A DNA stretch of 64,000 nt, taken from assembly GCA_011109175.1 (NCBI GenBank), contig RDEW01000030.1, positions 242,094-306,093 of the forward strand, given 5' to 3'. The notes under the pieces are model-generated. The model searched no databases. It had not been told where the DNA came from and saw nothing but the letters and a program-made list of their open reading frames with translations. The translations under genes and the position numbers were made by a program. Source of the stretch: Dicyema japonicum. Lineage: Eukaryota > Animalia > Dicyemida. Positions 12,363-26,400 of this stretch are shown in pieces; the stretch's first letter is position 1; every line of letters starts with the position of its first letter.

Positions 12363-13901
12363 CAGTCCGACCCCGAATTGAGGCAGACCCCAGGGGTGGG
12401 GCACCCCCGCATTTTGGGGCATTTTTTTGGCCAACATTTTGGCAGAGTAAAATGGAAAATCGATAAAAAAACATGGAAATTTTGGGGCACTATAAAATTG
12501 TGGGGAATGAAATTATAAGTAAATAAAATTATATTTTATTAATAAATATATAATTTTAATTTACACGTTTATTTACATTTTTTGTTGTGAATGGTTATTA
12601 ACTACGAAACAAAATTAACGATTGCTAAATTGATATTGAAGAAAAAATTATCTGAAAGACAGATAATAAAAAATACAAAACTAGTAAAGGCATGATTTCG
12701 CGAATAAAAAAAACAATTGTACCTTTTCTTGAACAAGGATGAGGATCTTATGCCTTATTGTGAGAAATCTAAATTCGATGATCAATATAAGGTCCTTTCA
12801 TAAAGAAAATTGCCTTATATACGGCTTCAAAAATTGGATTTGATACTTTTGAAAGCTTCAAACGGCTGGCTTGACAGATTTAAAAAGCGACATGAACTTA
12901 AATTCAAATCAATTGGCTGAATTCTTGCAAGAACTCGGAGGATTGCTTGCCAGAAAGAAAAGGGATCAACGAGAAGGGTTATGGCTAAGACAAAGGATTG
13001 GAATAGCCATACTCCGAGGAACTCGTTCGCAATCCATGCAGCAGGCTTCCTCAACTGACATTTGTTTAATTGTTAAAAAAATTTTTGTTAAAAAAAATCA
13101 ATTTGTGGAGAAAAAAATTCATGTGAATTGACTGACATCAATGAGTTTTTTAAACTTCTTGACGAGAAAATTATTCAATATGGAAAACAAAATGTTTTTA
13201 ATTGTGATGAAACTGCTCTTTATATAAAAAGGACTCTACGAAAGTCGTTTGTCGGAATAAATGACGATACTTTTGGCTTTAAACAGGGAAAAGAAAGAGT
13301 CACTGTACTTCTTGGGAATTATCAAGACCTTTAAAGATTACTCAAATTATCTGATTCAGTATTTGTGTTATGAGGATGATGATGAATTCAACGGCTGATA
13401 AACAAAATAAACCTTGTCATGTAATTCTGCTAATTTCTAAAAGCTGGGAAAAACTTGATCCAAGTTTAATATTTAATTGTTGGAATCAAATTGAAAAGAT
13501 TCGTGATTCCGTAAAAATTGAAGATACCATTACAGAAGAAATGATCAACAATGCCGTAAACGAAACATTGAATGGGGAAAGTGACAAATTCGTTGATAAT
13601 ATTTACAACGAAGGTTTAGAAAACGATAACATGGAAACAATTCTAAGAAAAACGCAAGATTCTCTTGATCAGTTAGAGAAAAAATTTTTTTACATATCTC
13701 CTGAAATGCTCAAAGAATTTTACGATTTTTGACTTAATTTTATGAAAAATGTAAGAAGTAAAAAGATAACTGGGAATAAATTAACTGATTATTTTTCTAA
13801 AATTGATTTTTGATGTTTAAAATCTCTGTTTTATTAAACCCTTGTTTTTTGGGCACCCCCGCTTTTTGGGGGACTTGGTGCCCCAATTCGGGGTCGGACT
13901 G
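12363..13901 (+). mobile_element. pogo/Tigger-family Tc1/mariner transposon
   Basis: TIRs CAGTCCGACCCCGAATT and AATTCGGGGTCGGACTG, TA duplication at 12361-62 and 13902-03. CENP-B-type ASNGWLDRFKKRH and DDE motif VFNCDETAL..KERVTVL. Confidence 0.9.
12915..13094 (+). mobile_element. 5'-truncated CRE retrocopy inserted in pogo
   Basis: EFLQELGGLLARKKRDQREGLWLRQRIGIAILRG, an A-rich tail, and TSD AAATCAATT at 12906-12914 and 13095-13103. Removing it restores the pogo frame ..ELKFKSI|CGEKNS.. Confidence 0.75.
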
Positions 13902-15039
13902 TATATGCTTCTGACAATCTTAAGGAATAAACTGTTATTGTGGACTCGACGTATACAAGATAATAATTTTGGAAATTTTCCAACGCAGGAAGAAATTGAT
14001 ATTGAATTCAACTCGACTTTAGATAAAAATATTAAAAAAGAAATCAGCAATCATCTTGAATGTTTAAAACTTTCATTTGATGGGCATTTCTCAATCGGAA
14101 ATATTAAAGATTCTGATACCTGGATTGTTAACCCATTTGCTTTCAAAATAGAACAGATGGAGGATAGAAAAGAGATTAAAGACAATTTGATTAAATGCAA
14201 TCATCTACACTGAAAATATTGTACGACTCAAATTTTTTGGAAGTTTTTTGGTGCGGTTTGCAATTTGGTTTTCCGACCCTTGCAAAAAAAGCACTGGAAG
14301 TTCTGGTTCCACTTGCAACAACTTGGCTATGTGAATCTGGATTCTCATCTCTACTATATATAAAAAAATAAGTACCGAAACGCTCTAATCCCTGAAAACG
14401 ATCTCAGAATTGGATTAGCAAACAAAAAACCACGCTTCGAAGAATTAATTAAAACTAAAAGAAAAGATAGTCTCAAGGAACCTGACTAATTTTTTGAATA
14501 AAATTCGAATTCTCTAGATTTAAAATTTGGGGGTGCGAGGTTAGTTTTTTAAATTTTTGGGGGTGCAAACTCAAAACGAATCGAGAAGCGCTGCTCTATT
14601 GGGAGAATGTCTTACAGCATGGATGCGACCTTTTGTTCTTTTTCTTTTGTTTAAAAATGATATATTTAGGGGACAGCGAGTATACGAAGTTTTGGGTACA
14701 CTGGTTTGAATCTCGTCTGTGACGAAATTTGGAGGAAGATGGGCAAGTCTGGCTTAAGAAGGAATGTGAGAATTATTGAGTTATTTGTTCTTAATAATTT
14801 TGCTTCAATTGATTTTCATGCGACATCAAAGAAGACCCTCCCCTTCCCCCTTTTAGTTACATGTTTATACTATCGGACATGCTGTTTATGTTTTCTTGAG
14901 GACAGTACATTTAAAAGAATGGGGATACTAAGGCATCCCAGATTCCAATTCACAACCATAGTTGACGACTCTCAGATATCACCTAAGTAATCCATAATAT
15001 TTACTACAGAACTCCAAGATGGTGGTCATATGGTTTTTT

Positions 15040-15190
15040 CTTTGAAAAGCCATATTAGCTATTGCTCAGCTCATACAAGACACGTTTTATTTAAGCAAAG
15101 AACAGTTATGATAACTAATCTTAGAGAGAGAGAACCAAGGAATGCTCTTCACTTCTTTTTTTCTTTTTGTTAGGTGTGAGTCCTTTACCA
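15040..15190 (-). mobile_element. tRNA-SINE family, diverged 3' fragment
   Basis: TTTATTTAAGCAAAGAACAGTTA..AACCAAGGAATG.TCTTCACTT is shared with the copies at 10454 and 46757. Confidence 0.6.
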
Positions 15191-15374
15191 CAATCAAAGT
15201 TGTTAATATATTCCGAAAGTTCAGATTTCCAAGACGAAAATATCGTCAAAATAAACGAGCAAATGCGTATGTCATACCTCGGTTGTGGAAAGTCCGGCAT
15301 AAACATGTGGGAAAGAAGCAGTTATTTTTATATTAATTTTTTCATAAATATGAATTGATTTATTTAAATAAAAA

Positions 15375-16030
15375 TAAAGTTAGTTGTTATGACAAGGTAA
15401 CATTATGGCCTCCAGGCATTGATCACGCAATGGGAGTTTACTCTCATGATAGTGAGCCCAATGAACTAGAAGAGGCTTTCCCTTGAGCATTCCTGCAAGC
15501 TGCCCGATTAACCTGATAAATTCGAACGTACTTGGACAATCCAGACTTCTCAATAAAGATCGGCTGAAAAGCGAACTGGTCCCCAATGCAGCGAGACTTT
15601 CAACTTTTTTAGTTTTCAGCATTCCTTGCTGCTGAATCCGCGCGCTACAATGACTTGAGCAGATTCGTATTATAGAAAGTGTCCGTGCACGTTGAATCCC
15701 AAGCAAGACATCTTCCTTGGTTACATCCGGCCACAAACCATCACCTTTGTCAAGATTGATGGGTTCCAGAAAGCAAGTAAAAAAGGTGTATTAGACATCC
15801 CTCATGACACTCGAGTTTAACATGACGTGACAAGGGAATGCCATTTTGAGAGATAAAGTTCTTTGGAACACCATGCTCACTTGTTGTCCACTGTTGACAA
15901 CCGTTTTAAGCACAGAGTCCAGACTCAATCTGGGACAAGAACATAAGATTGAATTGGCCGCTCCGGTGTGTACCTCGCTCCCGAAAATATTGGATCGTCA
16001 AAGGGGGTCGACACAGCATCCAGACTAAAG
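15375..16030 (-). mobile_element. CRE-clade 3' fragment (second subfamily)
   Basis: Homologous at nucleotide level to 57065-57930. Degenerate W-D-V-T and RGN-type RLE motifs. AT-rich tail near 15375. Confidence 0.7.
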
Positions 16031-16390
16031 CCTTTCTCTCTCATGTGGTATTATTAATCTATCCACGTCAAGTACAAATATAGCAGTTTAACAAGTTTAA
16101 ATCGAACAATTGAAAAACCTCGAAAAAGGCCAAAAAATGAAAATTCATTAATATCCCTACACACGGAAATCTTTAGTAAAGGCGAAGATTTATACGTTAT
16201 GTGTAGAAAACAGAACGATTCTGACAAGACAAGACAAGACAAATTTTATTTTCTAACAAACCCCAAAACTAATTACTGTAAAGAAACCAAAACCTGAACC
16301 AAAACTAATTAAGTGGGTTTGTATTCATCGTGTAGGGTCATTTTATGAGACACCACATGTCTCTACTTCGTTTGGACCCCAAAAATTACA

Positions 16391-18064
16391 TCACATTTTC
16401 CATAAGTGATGTAATAATTTTTCTATCTTTCTGACTTTCAGGTCGTAATCCTCTTCGATATTAGATTTTAAGTCCAGTCCATATGCCAATTTAATCGCAA
16501 ATCTTCTGGACTTTTCCAATTTTTTGACAAAGACATCACTTTCTTTTGTTTTAAACCATCCTTGATAACCATATATCAAGAAAGGTTCAACACACGCCGA
16601 ATACACAAAAAGAAAAGTTTCAGGCTCCAAATGAAATCGAATTAAAGATTTCAACATTCCTGTAGCTTTCTTTCTTCGTGTTTTAATATGTTCCTTGAAA
16701 GATCCTCTTCGGTCTATCAACAATCCGAGATACTTCAATGTTTCAGAGATTTTTATATCCCCAGTATTCACACATTGATTAATATTTTTTCTTTTACTTG
16801 CAATCCAAGTGACTGTTGTTTTTTCCCTCGATAGAGTCAACCCATTGTTTTGGCACCACTTTCCAATCTTAGTAATATGGGATTCCACCCTTTTCCATGA
16901 AATTTGTTTATTCATGCTTGAATCAAGCACAAGAATGTCATCAGCATAAATAATCATTTGACTATTTACGCTCTCTGTTTTCGGCAAATCTCTCATTACG
17001 CAATTGAAGAGTAGCGGGCTGAGAATTGAACCCTGTGGAACTCCTCTTCGCAATTCAATTTTCTTTGAAATTAAATTTCCAACACGTATATATGACTTTC
17101 TTTTTGAAAGAAAGTTTTCTATCCATAATAACGCAGTTTTCCCAATTTCTGCTTTTGACAACGTATCAACAAGTCCAAAGTGCCAAACACTGTCAAACGC
17201 TTTTGTTATATCCAAACATGCTATTGTAAGAAATTCCTTTTTATTTCGTGAAATTTCGATTGCAGATCTTAGCTCTTTAAAGCAATCTCCAGTCCCTTTT
17301 TTATGCCGAAATCCCAGTTGATTATCAGAGAGAAAATTATTATCCTCAACATGCCTTGATAGACGATTGAAAACAATTTTTTCCATAACTTTCGATATTG
17401 AGCAGACTAGGCTAATTGGCCTATAACTATCTGCTTTTGACCTTGGCTTTCCTTTTTTCACAACCATGCGTACAATTGTTCGTTTCCAATAAGCTGGAAC
17501 ATGACCAAAACTCCAAGAAGAATTATATAATATTTTTAGGCACTCAATCAAAATTGGGCCTGCGTTCTTGAAAATACTCATTGGGATAAAATCCCACCCT
17601 GGTGCTTTATTTTTGCAACCCTTAATTGCAGCATTTATTTCTTCCAGCGTTATAGGATGACACAAGGGACCACTCAGTTTCGACTTTTCTTTATAACTAC
17701 TTCTTGTATCTTGTACTTCTATCGGAATAAAAGATGCCGGATCTATCTCTTGAATTTTGGACAATTGTCGACGTAAAACATTTGGAATTTCTTCTTTTGG
17801 AATAGTGAGACCATCATCTGACTTGAGAGATATTTCTTCATTCTTATTACTGGGAGAATTCATTCTTGCATATAGTTTCCAAAATTTTGGGTTCTGTCGA
17901 CGTAACTTTGAACATTCTCTTTTCCATACTTTTTCTTCATTCTTCTTTACAACATCCATTATTTTCTTCTTCACTAACTTGATCTGCATTTTAAGTTCTT
18001 GAGAGTCGAAGATATCCCAACACCTCTTTAATTTATTTTCTAACTTATTCTTCTCCTGACGCAA
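16391..18064 (-). mobile_element. Jockey/I-group LINE reverse transcriptase ORF, 5'-truncated, uninterrupted 557 aa
   Basis: KAPGWDFI, YRPISLVCSISKVMEKIV, QLGFRHKKGT, LDITKAFDSVWH, GVPQGSILSPLLF, YADD, KYLGLLID. No APE domain in the window. (GTCTT)n tail near 16222-16242 on the minus strand. Confidence 0.9.
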
Positions 18065-18289
18065 AGAGCGTTCTTCTACTCCTAGAACAGTTTCTCTGTA
18101 AATTAAGGATCGAGCTGAATTTATACTACACTAAATTTGATATATTATTATTAGATGCTTTAATATAAGAAATTTAAAGTGAATCATATTTTTAATAATT
18201 AATTATCAATCATTTATATTGAAAATTTATTATAAATCTATAAAAATTATAATTTATTAATTTCAAGTTTTCTTCCCAAGACAATTGCG

Positions 18290-18890
18290 AAAGATTATGC
18301 TGTGATCGGGTGCCGACTGATGGATGCAGACGATCTGGACGAAATCAGGTGACGAGCACGACAACGAAAGGGATGGAGTAGGCTAACAGAAAGCATAATC
18401 GAAAAACATGGTACAAGCTAAACCATAAACAGTGTTTACTGGTAACGCGGATATGCTTTAACTAACTAACTATTATTTTGAATTTATCCAGAATCAGCAC
18501 TCAGGGAATTGAAACTTTAAGGGAGAATAGTGGGACGATGCAGATGTGGACTTTGTCTCGGGAGACAGGGACGCCCTCACCCAATTAATGAGGGCGATAC
18601 CGGAAAGACTGTCTGAATAGTATCTTACCGTCAACCTGGACAAAATGGAGTGACTGAACTCAAAAGTGAGGAATCAAATACTAACTAAATCTGGTGAAAC
18701 ACCCAAAAGTTAGGCACCCTCCTAAGAGACTAATAGGATTTTGCGAGGAGAAAGACGATTAAAAATGCATCATTGCAAAAACTGAAGAAAACCTAACTTT
18801 TAAAAAGGGGGAGAGATACGGAAACGATACTACGCTTGTAGGACCTATTGGTCAAGTCTGTGCTCTTCTAACATTGGGACCTGTCCGTTG
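18290..18890 (+). mobile_element. Degenerate RTE fragments (3' end with (TAAC)n tail, then RT piece)
   Basis: DDLDEIR*RARQRKGWSRL, tail TAACTAACTAACTA near 18460, then DADVDFVS and LTVNLDK as in 6590-6720. Confidence 0.55.
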
Positions 18891-18999
18891 TGATCTCTAA
18901 CCCACACTTTTTATATCATAAATATTATTTTTATATTATTTATTTTATTTAGAACCCCTGATCACCGAGAAAGAAAGACAGAAAAACGTCAAACAGTTA

Positions 19000-20095
19000 G
19001 ATAATCCCAGTTCCCGCAATCAAACGAGGGTTTTCTTAGGTTTTTCTTCAGCCATCCAAAGTCTGTGGTCTCCCATTGTTACCACTACCGTGCGAAAGAG
19101 CCTTCTCTCATCCCTGCAGAGGAATCCGAGTGAGGAGGGGAACTTCCTAACCTTACAGACCTGAAGGAATCCGGTTCCGCGACTACGGGTTCCAGGTTCC
19201 GTAAGTGGGGATTAACCGTTGATCTAGAATGAGGGCCCATCATAGATATAGTTTTCCGGTATATTGAATTGATTCTGTGGAGCGTAGTCTCTGATAACGC
19301 GAATCTCTATGCAACAAAGGCATACTCCACAGATAGTTTGCCGGTCGAGTTTTCCAACAGAAGCGTCCAAATTTAAAAAAGTCCTCCGGACAAGCGCGCG
19401 TATAATGAACTTTTACAGTCATTTAGTGAGGACTTTTTTTCACATGTGAGTTAAAATTCAATATGCTGTCGAACATTAGCCCAAGAATTGAAGGAGACCT
19501 TGTCACCGGTATCTGGACAGGACCAATACAAATTCTTGGATTTTCTTTTGATCGACAGTCTAAAGTAATAGGTGCACATATTGATTTTTCGGCAGAAATA
19601 GTTAGTCGGTTAGCAGTCAGAGCCAATCATAGACGGTATTCACTCCCGCCTGAGCATTAGAGGTTGCAACTTGCGTCAATCTGTTGCGTGTTGCAATTAT
19701 TAAGTCTTTTGTGCAAGATAATAGCAAAAAATTTTCGTCCAAGTAATTTGGTAGGTCGTGGTGGAAAAGATTGAAAAGGGTTGGAAAAAGAGGAGAACCT
19801 TCTAGTAGTCAGTTGGCCAACCACAGCTTTAGGTTTGGACAAACCTTCGATTCAAAAATCTTCCAAAGAAGCTTCCTTGGGACTGTGTTGAAAGCCTTGT
19901 TTATGTCGAATAATACCATTATAGCTCGCATTAAATCCATCGGCTATGAATTGGGATAGTTTGGTTAAATTGGTGGTGACCTTCCAGGAACCTCTTGAGG
20001 GAAGTCTGGAGTAATGGCAAATAGTACCAGTCATATTATTCTGGATCCACGTATGGTCTTTTGCGAAAAAAATCGATTTCATACAAGGCACACAA
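19000..20095 (-). mobile_element. Degenerate LINE RT (I/Jockey-like)
   Basis: TTNLTKLSQFIADGFN, LTISAEKS and IPVTRSPSILGLMFDSILNFNSHV. Confidence 0.6.
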
Positions 20096-20467
20096 ATTTA
20101 ATATTTTTTATTATTGCTAACTCAAATTATACTCGGGGTTTTGATCAAGTTATAGAATGGGACTGACAATATTAAGCTTTGGTGTCTTTAAAATATTGAG
20201 CAGACATTTCGCATGATAAATGTAGGCCATTCCCTCACAATTACTCGGCTGACTTATTAATATCCCAATAACACAGTAAACCCAAACTAATTATCACGTG
20301 ATCCCGATGCGTTCCATTAGAGATCTAGGTTCTTCCCTCGTATCCGCACATGATCCTACAAGGCGGCTTACTGAATTCCGAATTACAAAGCTAATAAAGT
20401 TTAACAACAAAACAATCATGAATATACAACAAAATTTGATTAACAAAAAAATTAAAAATATGTTGTA

Positions 20468-23400
20468 TTATAAAGAATTATCTAGTTTCTTTACTACATT
20501 TTTTATCCGATTTACAGCAGTACTCTCCATTACATCACCACAGCGGTATATCTCACTCTCAGGCTGATGGTACATTCTACAATTTGTAAATATCTTGATA
20601 AGATCAGCCATAAATGAGTCAATATACTTATATCGACCCATCATCGCATTCTTTCCAATAATATCGAGATCTAAATAAAACCCATAGCTACCAATTGGCT
20701 CACTTATGATCTCACAATAGTCAGGATATTCTGACAAATTGACCGGCTCTACAAAAGGCCAAGCCATTTTGTGCTTCTTGAGATCCCCAATGAACTGAGC
20801 CAAAATATTCTGGTTCTGACGGACAGATAACATTGTTTGATGTGGAGATCCATTCGATTCATCCTGACTTTGAGCACGACATCGGGGACAAATGTATCGT
20901 TTGAGACGATTAGCATCCAATCTACTGATACCGATGCAATCAAAATGAAGCCAATCATCACATCTGTCGCACCCAATGTACTCACTACAATTATATTTCC
21001 CATTTACCGCGAATCGTAAGGTCTTCTGCATATACAGGACACGTCTTCATCCACTATTTTGGCAGCACTCTTCGATGTCTTAGCCGGTTTCCGCCTCTTT
21101 TTTGAATTTTTGTTTGGTTTGCCTTGTTTTCCATCATTAAACGACAGGTTCCTCTGTTTTACTGTACATCCATCACAAATGTAAGAATCTATCCTCTCTA
21201 CTTCCTGTTCCGTGAGACCAACGCAAGATCCGTGGAACCAATTCCCACAGGAATCACATCCGATGTAAAATCTGTTAAAGGAAAATAAACAACCTCGTCT
21301 TGTCATAGGCAGTTCGACATATACAGTAGAGTTTACGGTCGAAATCATCGTTGGGGGTTACGTCAGATTCAGTGCGAAAGGGAGGGGCACATTTCACACA
21401 AATGTAGTTCTTGAAGGATTGGGGTCCCGCACTAAAAGGGAGACACAAACGGTGACAATAATCGTGACATTGTCGACAAATGATGGAATCTTCCCGATTA
21501 CTAACATAAATTCAGTATAAAACCATTTCCTGTCACAAACAGAACAAGATTTGGGGGTTAAATCAAAGTTGAATTGTTTAGAAGAGACTGTTTTCACTGG
21601 AGATTGGATTGTGTCTGCCACGGATCGTTTGCAAGAGTCACAAATGTATGACTCGAGTTTGTCCGCCTCCTCCTCATGGAGATTTACACATGATCCGTGG
21701 AACCAGTTCTTGCAGACATCACAACCAATATAAAAACTGGAATATTAACTACAACAACCGGTTGTTATCGTAGGGAGTTCTACATATGCAGTAAAGCATT
21801 TTATCATCCATCGGAATGTTCCCCCGGTTAGATCGGGAAGACATGAGATCCTTCGATGATAACTTTTCATTGTCCTGTCGTGATCGCGGAACCGCGAAAG
21901 AATCAAAAATCTGTCGAAATGACGGTGACTTGACTCCAGATATCGGAGACTTGTGCAGGTTAGAGCTATTAGTGTCCTTTTCTAGTCCCTTGGTCATTTC
22001 CAATATTTTCTTGACTTCATTCTGCAAAAATAAAATTATCCCCCAACTTGTACTTCCCTTCTAATAGACTGTTCGGTTGATGTCCGTTTTCTCATAATCT
22101 CTTTTTTCAAAACCTGTTTCTGCTTGTCCAATTGGTTCATAATTTTCTGGTGGAAAGGCTTGCTACGAGGTCGGTTATCTGTGGTCCGAGTCTGTGCTTT
22201 CTTACGTGGGATTTTGTTATATCTTTCAACACGATCGAGCATATTGTTCATCACACTCGTGCAAATATTCAATCTAACTAATAATGACGATTAATACAAG
22301 GATTTATCTTCCATGTCTAGCTTTGGGATATTTTCAGTCATGAAAATGACGGAAGTGTCTAAAATATGTTTAAAAAATACCTAATCCGTTCTCTTCCAGA
22401 TGCTTAGTAACCTTGTCAGGATAGAGGGAGTACAGTTCTCGAATGTTGCTAATTGAACAAATATTGGATTTATCGTGAATTAAAGTTCGAATTGCTAAAA
22501 TAACCATACGAATGTACTATATATAATTTTTTGATCAATTGTCCCCCGTATTTCTCGTTTTGGCTGAATAATTCTCTTCAAGTCATAAATCAAATTACAG
22601 ATTTGATCTGGTTGTTGTTTAAATCAAAAATTGAGCTTTGGTTGAAATCCTCTTTAGTTTCCGACATAAAGGAACCTAGTTGATCTGAATTTTCAGGAAA
22701 GCATATTTTCTCCACCCTCTGCGATTAGTAGAATGTCAACCCTTGTTGAAGTCCCTGAATAGGCGGGGGCACAATTATCCGGATTTGAGGAAACTAACTG
22801 AAATCCTCCATCAGACATCTGCACAAGACGTTGCCCTGAGAGTAAACAAAAAATAAACCGGGTTTCAATCCTTTAACATACGTGGTCCCGTCATGGTTTT
22901 TGAATACTTTTATTTTCTGAGGTTCTTTAGAGTCAGAGGAATGCTCTGAAATATATAGAAATCCACCTACCTAATTTCTTTAGTTTGTCGTCATCAAACT
23001 TAATTTCCCTATCTTCGCTTTTAAGATCAGATATAGAATCCATTCCTACAGAAATGACGAAATCTTACAAACCATCAGAACTCACGGGCTGAATGCCCAT
23101 CAGTGGTTCTCTCAGCGTCCTGGACAATACGCGACTTTAATGAAACCAAATATGTACTACGATTCACAAAATGATTTAATCATCCATACTGGTACGTTAC
23201 TTCTGTCTGAGATCCACTCCTAAAACTAAATAACACATGCTTTACAGTTTGAGTCGATTCCGCTGTTGCTGAAGGTTTCGAATCACCTAAAAAACTATAA
23301 AGTGAATCCACCTCTAGCAGCATCCTTACTGGTAGTCTTCTTAATTAACAAGTCCCTGTTGAGGTCATCAATGTCTTTCATTTCCAAAATCTCTTCGACG

Positions 23401-26400
23401 TGCTCGCCAATGAAAACTCCTTTACTGCTTCTAAAATTGGGGACCAATTCATGTAATCTGGAATAATAGACGGTTCAAACCTAAGACACAAATTTAGTTT
23501 TCTTAATTGACCAATAAATTGTGATAGTGAGGATGAAAAGAGGGTATGATAGCTCCAAACTCTCTCAAATGTGGGTTTTGCAAAGGTTGAAGGCCAGAAA
23601 ATACAGTCATCTTCATTATCATCATACAAAAATCCAAAAGGGACATGAACTAACCCACCACGACGGACCAAACTGTCAATATACAATAATTTCAACTTTT
23701 TCTTTTGATTAAACGGTAGATTAAATATATTCCTCTTGTTATTTAAAAACACAAATGGGTGACCGCTACAGATAGGCTCACTGTGTTTTTTCACCGTCTT
23801 AAGACATGTGGAATCGCACGTGTCTGGAAACCAGTATGACATTATCTAATATAAAACACGGAAATACCTCGCTTTCTTCGTCCATCAGCTGATTTTGAGG
23901 CCCTCCGTCATTCTCTATTTTCACAATCTGAGAGGGACTCATCACAAGTCCAAAGTTGTTATCCATTCCCTTTGACATCATAAAAGTCTTAAAAGAATTG
24001 AAATTCTTCTCAATATTAGAGTCTCCAATAAGCACAAACAAACCAGAAAATTCACTATCCGGAATATCAAACGGAGATCTCCGACTACATGATATTTTGA
24101 GTTGACGGATTAGTTGGAACCTCAGGTGTTTGACCTCCTCAATTCTTTGTGAAACAAGCCCGTCAAGTCTATGGCTTTAATTCCCAACAATACTCGCATG
24201 GGTTAGTCGACCAATGTGGATAAATGATGTGTTCCTCAATTCCGGCAGAAATTCCAAACTGAGAGTAGAAGTTGTAGTTACTATTGGCTCTCTCCAGTTC
24301 TATAAATATCATAGACTCAACGCTCTGCCGATTTTTTATATGGAATACATTTTCATCCTTCTGGTTGAAGTAATCATAGTAATGTTTCCCTCTTCTTGTA
24401 ATTTCCTCAATCTCTTTGCCCAGAACTCTCAGACCAATTTCAGAACACGGTCGTAACGATGTGACTTACAAGTCCCCACCCAACACCAGTTGGACATCCC
24501 ATGTTCTCCATCCTTTGCAAAAACCATCTATAATGTCATCCGCAAAGTTCTACAGTTTGATTTTTCTTCATTTCTTCATATTGAAGTCTCATTAGTCCTG
24601 GAAATAAAGATAAGCTACAACCAGAAGTACAAGTCCAAGAATCAGTAAACAGAACTGACCTAATGTTCCTCTGTAGGGTAGAGAGACTTGCACTTAGTTG
24701 TTTATAGTCGCGGCTTTCGTTCACAGTTTTGATCCACTTTTGCTTATTGATGCCCCAAAACCGGTGCATAAAACATGACGGTATTTCAATCTCCAATTGA
24801 AGCATACTACGTGTCAAGACACATATTACTTGACTCTAACAAGTTCATAAAGCTCATCCTTTCCTATAGACGAAGGAATATTCCACTTTTTCTCATTTTG
24901 AAGTGAAAATAAAGTAGATAAGAATTTTCGGCTGGCATCTTCGAGTCCATCCTCGCTATAATTGTTAATATAATTCAGATAATCCTTGTCTTTTCCTAAA
25001 AATGCTTAATATTACCAACCCAGGACGTAAAACTGATTTATGCTAGATTCATCTGAATTGTCTACAATTGAAACAAAATATGAACCTCTGATAAGTGTAG
25101 GAACCGAATGAGAAGAACTCAGGCGTGGGAGCGTCACCTTGTGGACTTTAACGTTAATTTTGCTCCCGTCACTCCTCCGTAGCATGACTTTATCAACATT
25201 CTGAGACAATTCACTCATAGACTCTGGTCTTGTGGACAAAGAAATCTGAAAATTCAAAAACCAAAAAACCGGTTTGTTGTTGATTTTAACAGCGCTTATA
25301 GTTTTAGCTGATTTGCTCACTAAAACGGTAAAACAATCAATCAACTTATTTCGTTCTGAAAATAACTCTGCTGTTTAGCCCTACGAGACCCTTCCTCGGT
25401 AAGGGCCTCAGTTATAGACAGAAACTTGAAAATCTCACCGATAGGACTGAACAGGTAGATCAAGTTTTTTTCACACTGATAGGTAGATTCGAAACAAGCT
25501 GTCAGCCTTTTTAGTTGAAAAGTGCTCGAATAATATCGGATATCTATCCCAGACTTACTAAATCCGTTAGAATAACAACTTACGCTACAACCCTTCGGGA
25601 CATGTAGTAATATTCCCTTCCAGTACGATCTGTCCCGATTGGAAGTGGGACCAGAGAAAGGATCCGATTAACATCACAGGATAAAAGCGAGTCGTGAACC
25701 CCCATAATCTATAAATAAAGAAAAAGAAGACCGATTGATTTTTACACAAAACACATAACCAGGGGACAGCTTCTTTTGGCCATGAAGCTGCAGAAAAGCA
25801 CGATTCATGGTGAGACGAAGCACAAAACGCGCAAATAAGTATTTTCCCGTTTTTGCAGGATCTATAAAAATAAGAAAAGTCAACCTTCCACATTTCCTGC
25901 ATTCTTCTACCGACATAAACTCAACGGAACAGTTCCCCAAGGATTCTAAGCATTTTCGACTCAAAAATTCTAGGAGAGTCAATTTATCGACCATTGACAT
26001 GAAAGGAAGGGAAGAGCTCCCCAAAATACGACGACATTCTTTTGAAGAAGCATCACTTGTAAATGTGGCATGATATTCCCGTAAAAATTCGTAGACAGTC
26101 AAATCGTTCATCAAATACAGTGATAACTCCATAGAAGTCTTAGCAGCTGAGGAGCAGTAGCGAATCCCTGAGGCTTCATTTTTCTTTAAAATAGTCTTGA
26201 GGAGACAGATCATGACATGGCTGACTAAATAAGTGTTTTCATCTGCGGAAATGGCGGAACAAAATGTCTCTATTCGAAACATTGTGAGTCCAATATATGT
26301 GGAAAGCTTCCGTATGAGTTCGTAGACAGCCAAAATGCGAAATGCCTGGGAATTCGGAATCATCAAGTCTCGGGAGGACTTAGGAATCGTAAATGCAGGT

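Larger units (their letters stand above)
11515..14593 (+). mobile_element. hAT (Buster/Charlie, ZBED5-like) transposon, internally deleted, interrupted by pogo
   Basis: Motifs KWKEDYVEYGFT, SNLKPSKL, KKPHTIAETLIKPC, YHTDVRWLSRGRVL, AYLADIFNHFNQLN and TTWLCESGFS. The right end GAGAAGCGCTG (Buster-like TIR) ends at 14593 and is followed by CTCTATTG, an NNNTANNN pattern. Left TIR not found. Confidence 0.85.

Noticed and set aside
17004-17321. Plus-strand ORFs opposite RT genes (also 44634-45116, 29974-30315, 59197-59521)
   Set aside because: Antisense shadows of well-supported coding regions.
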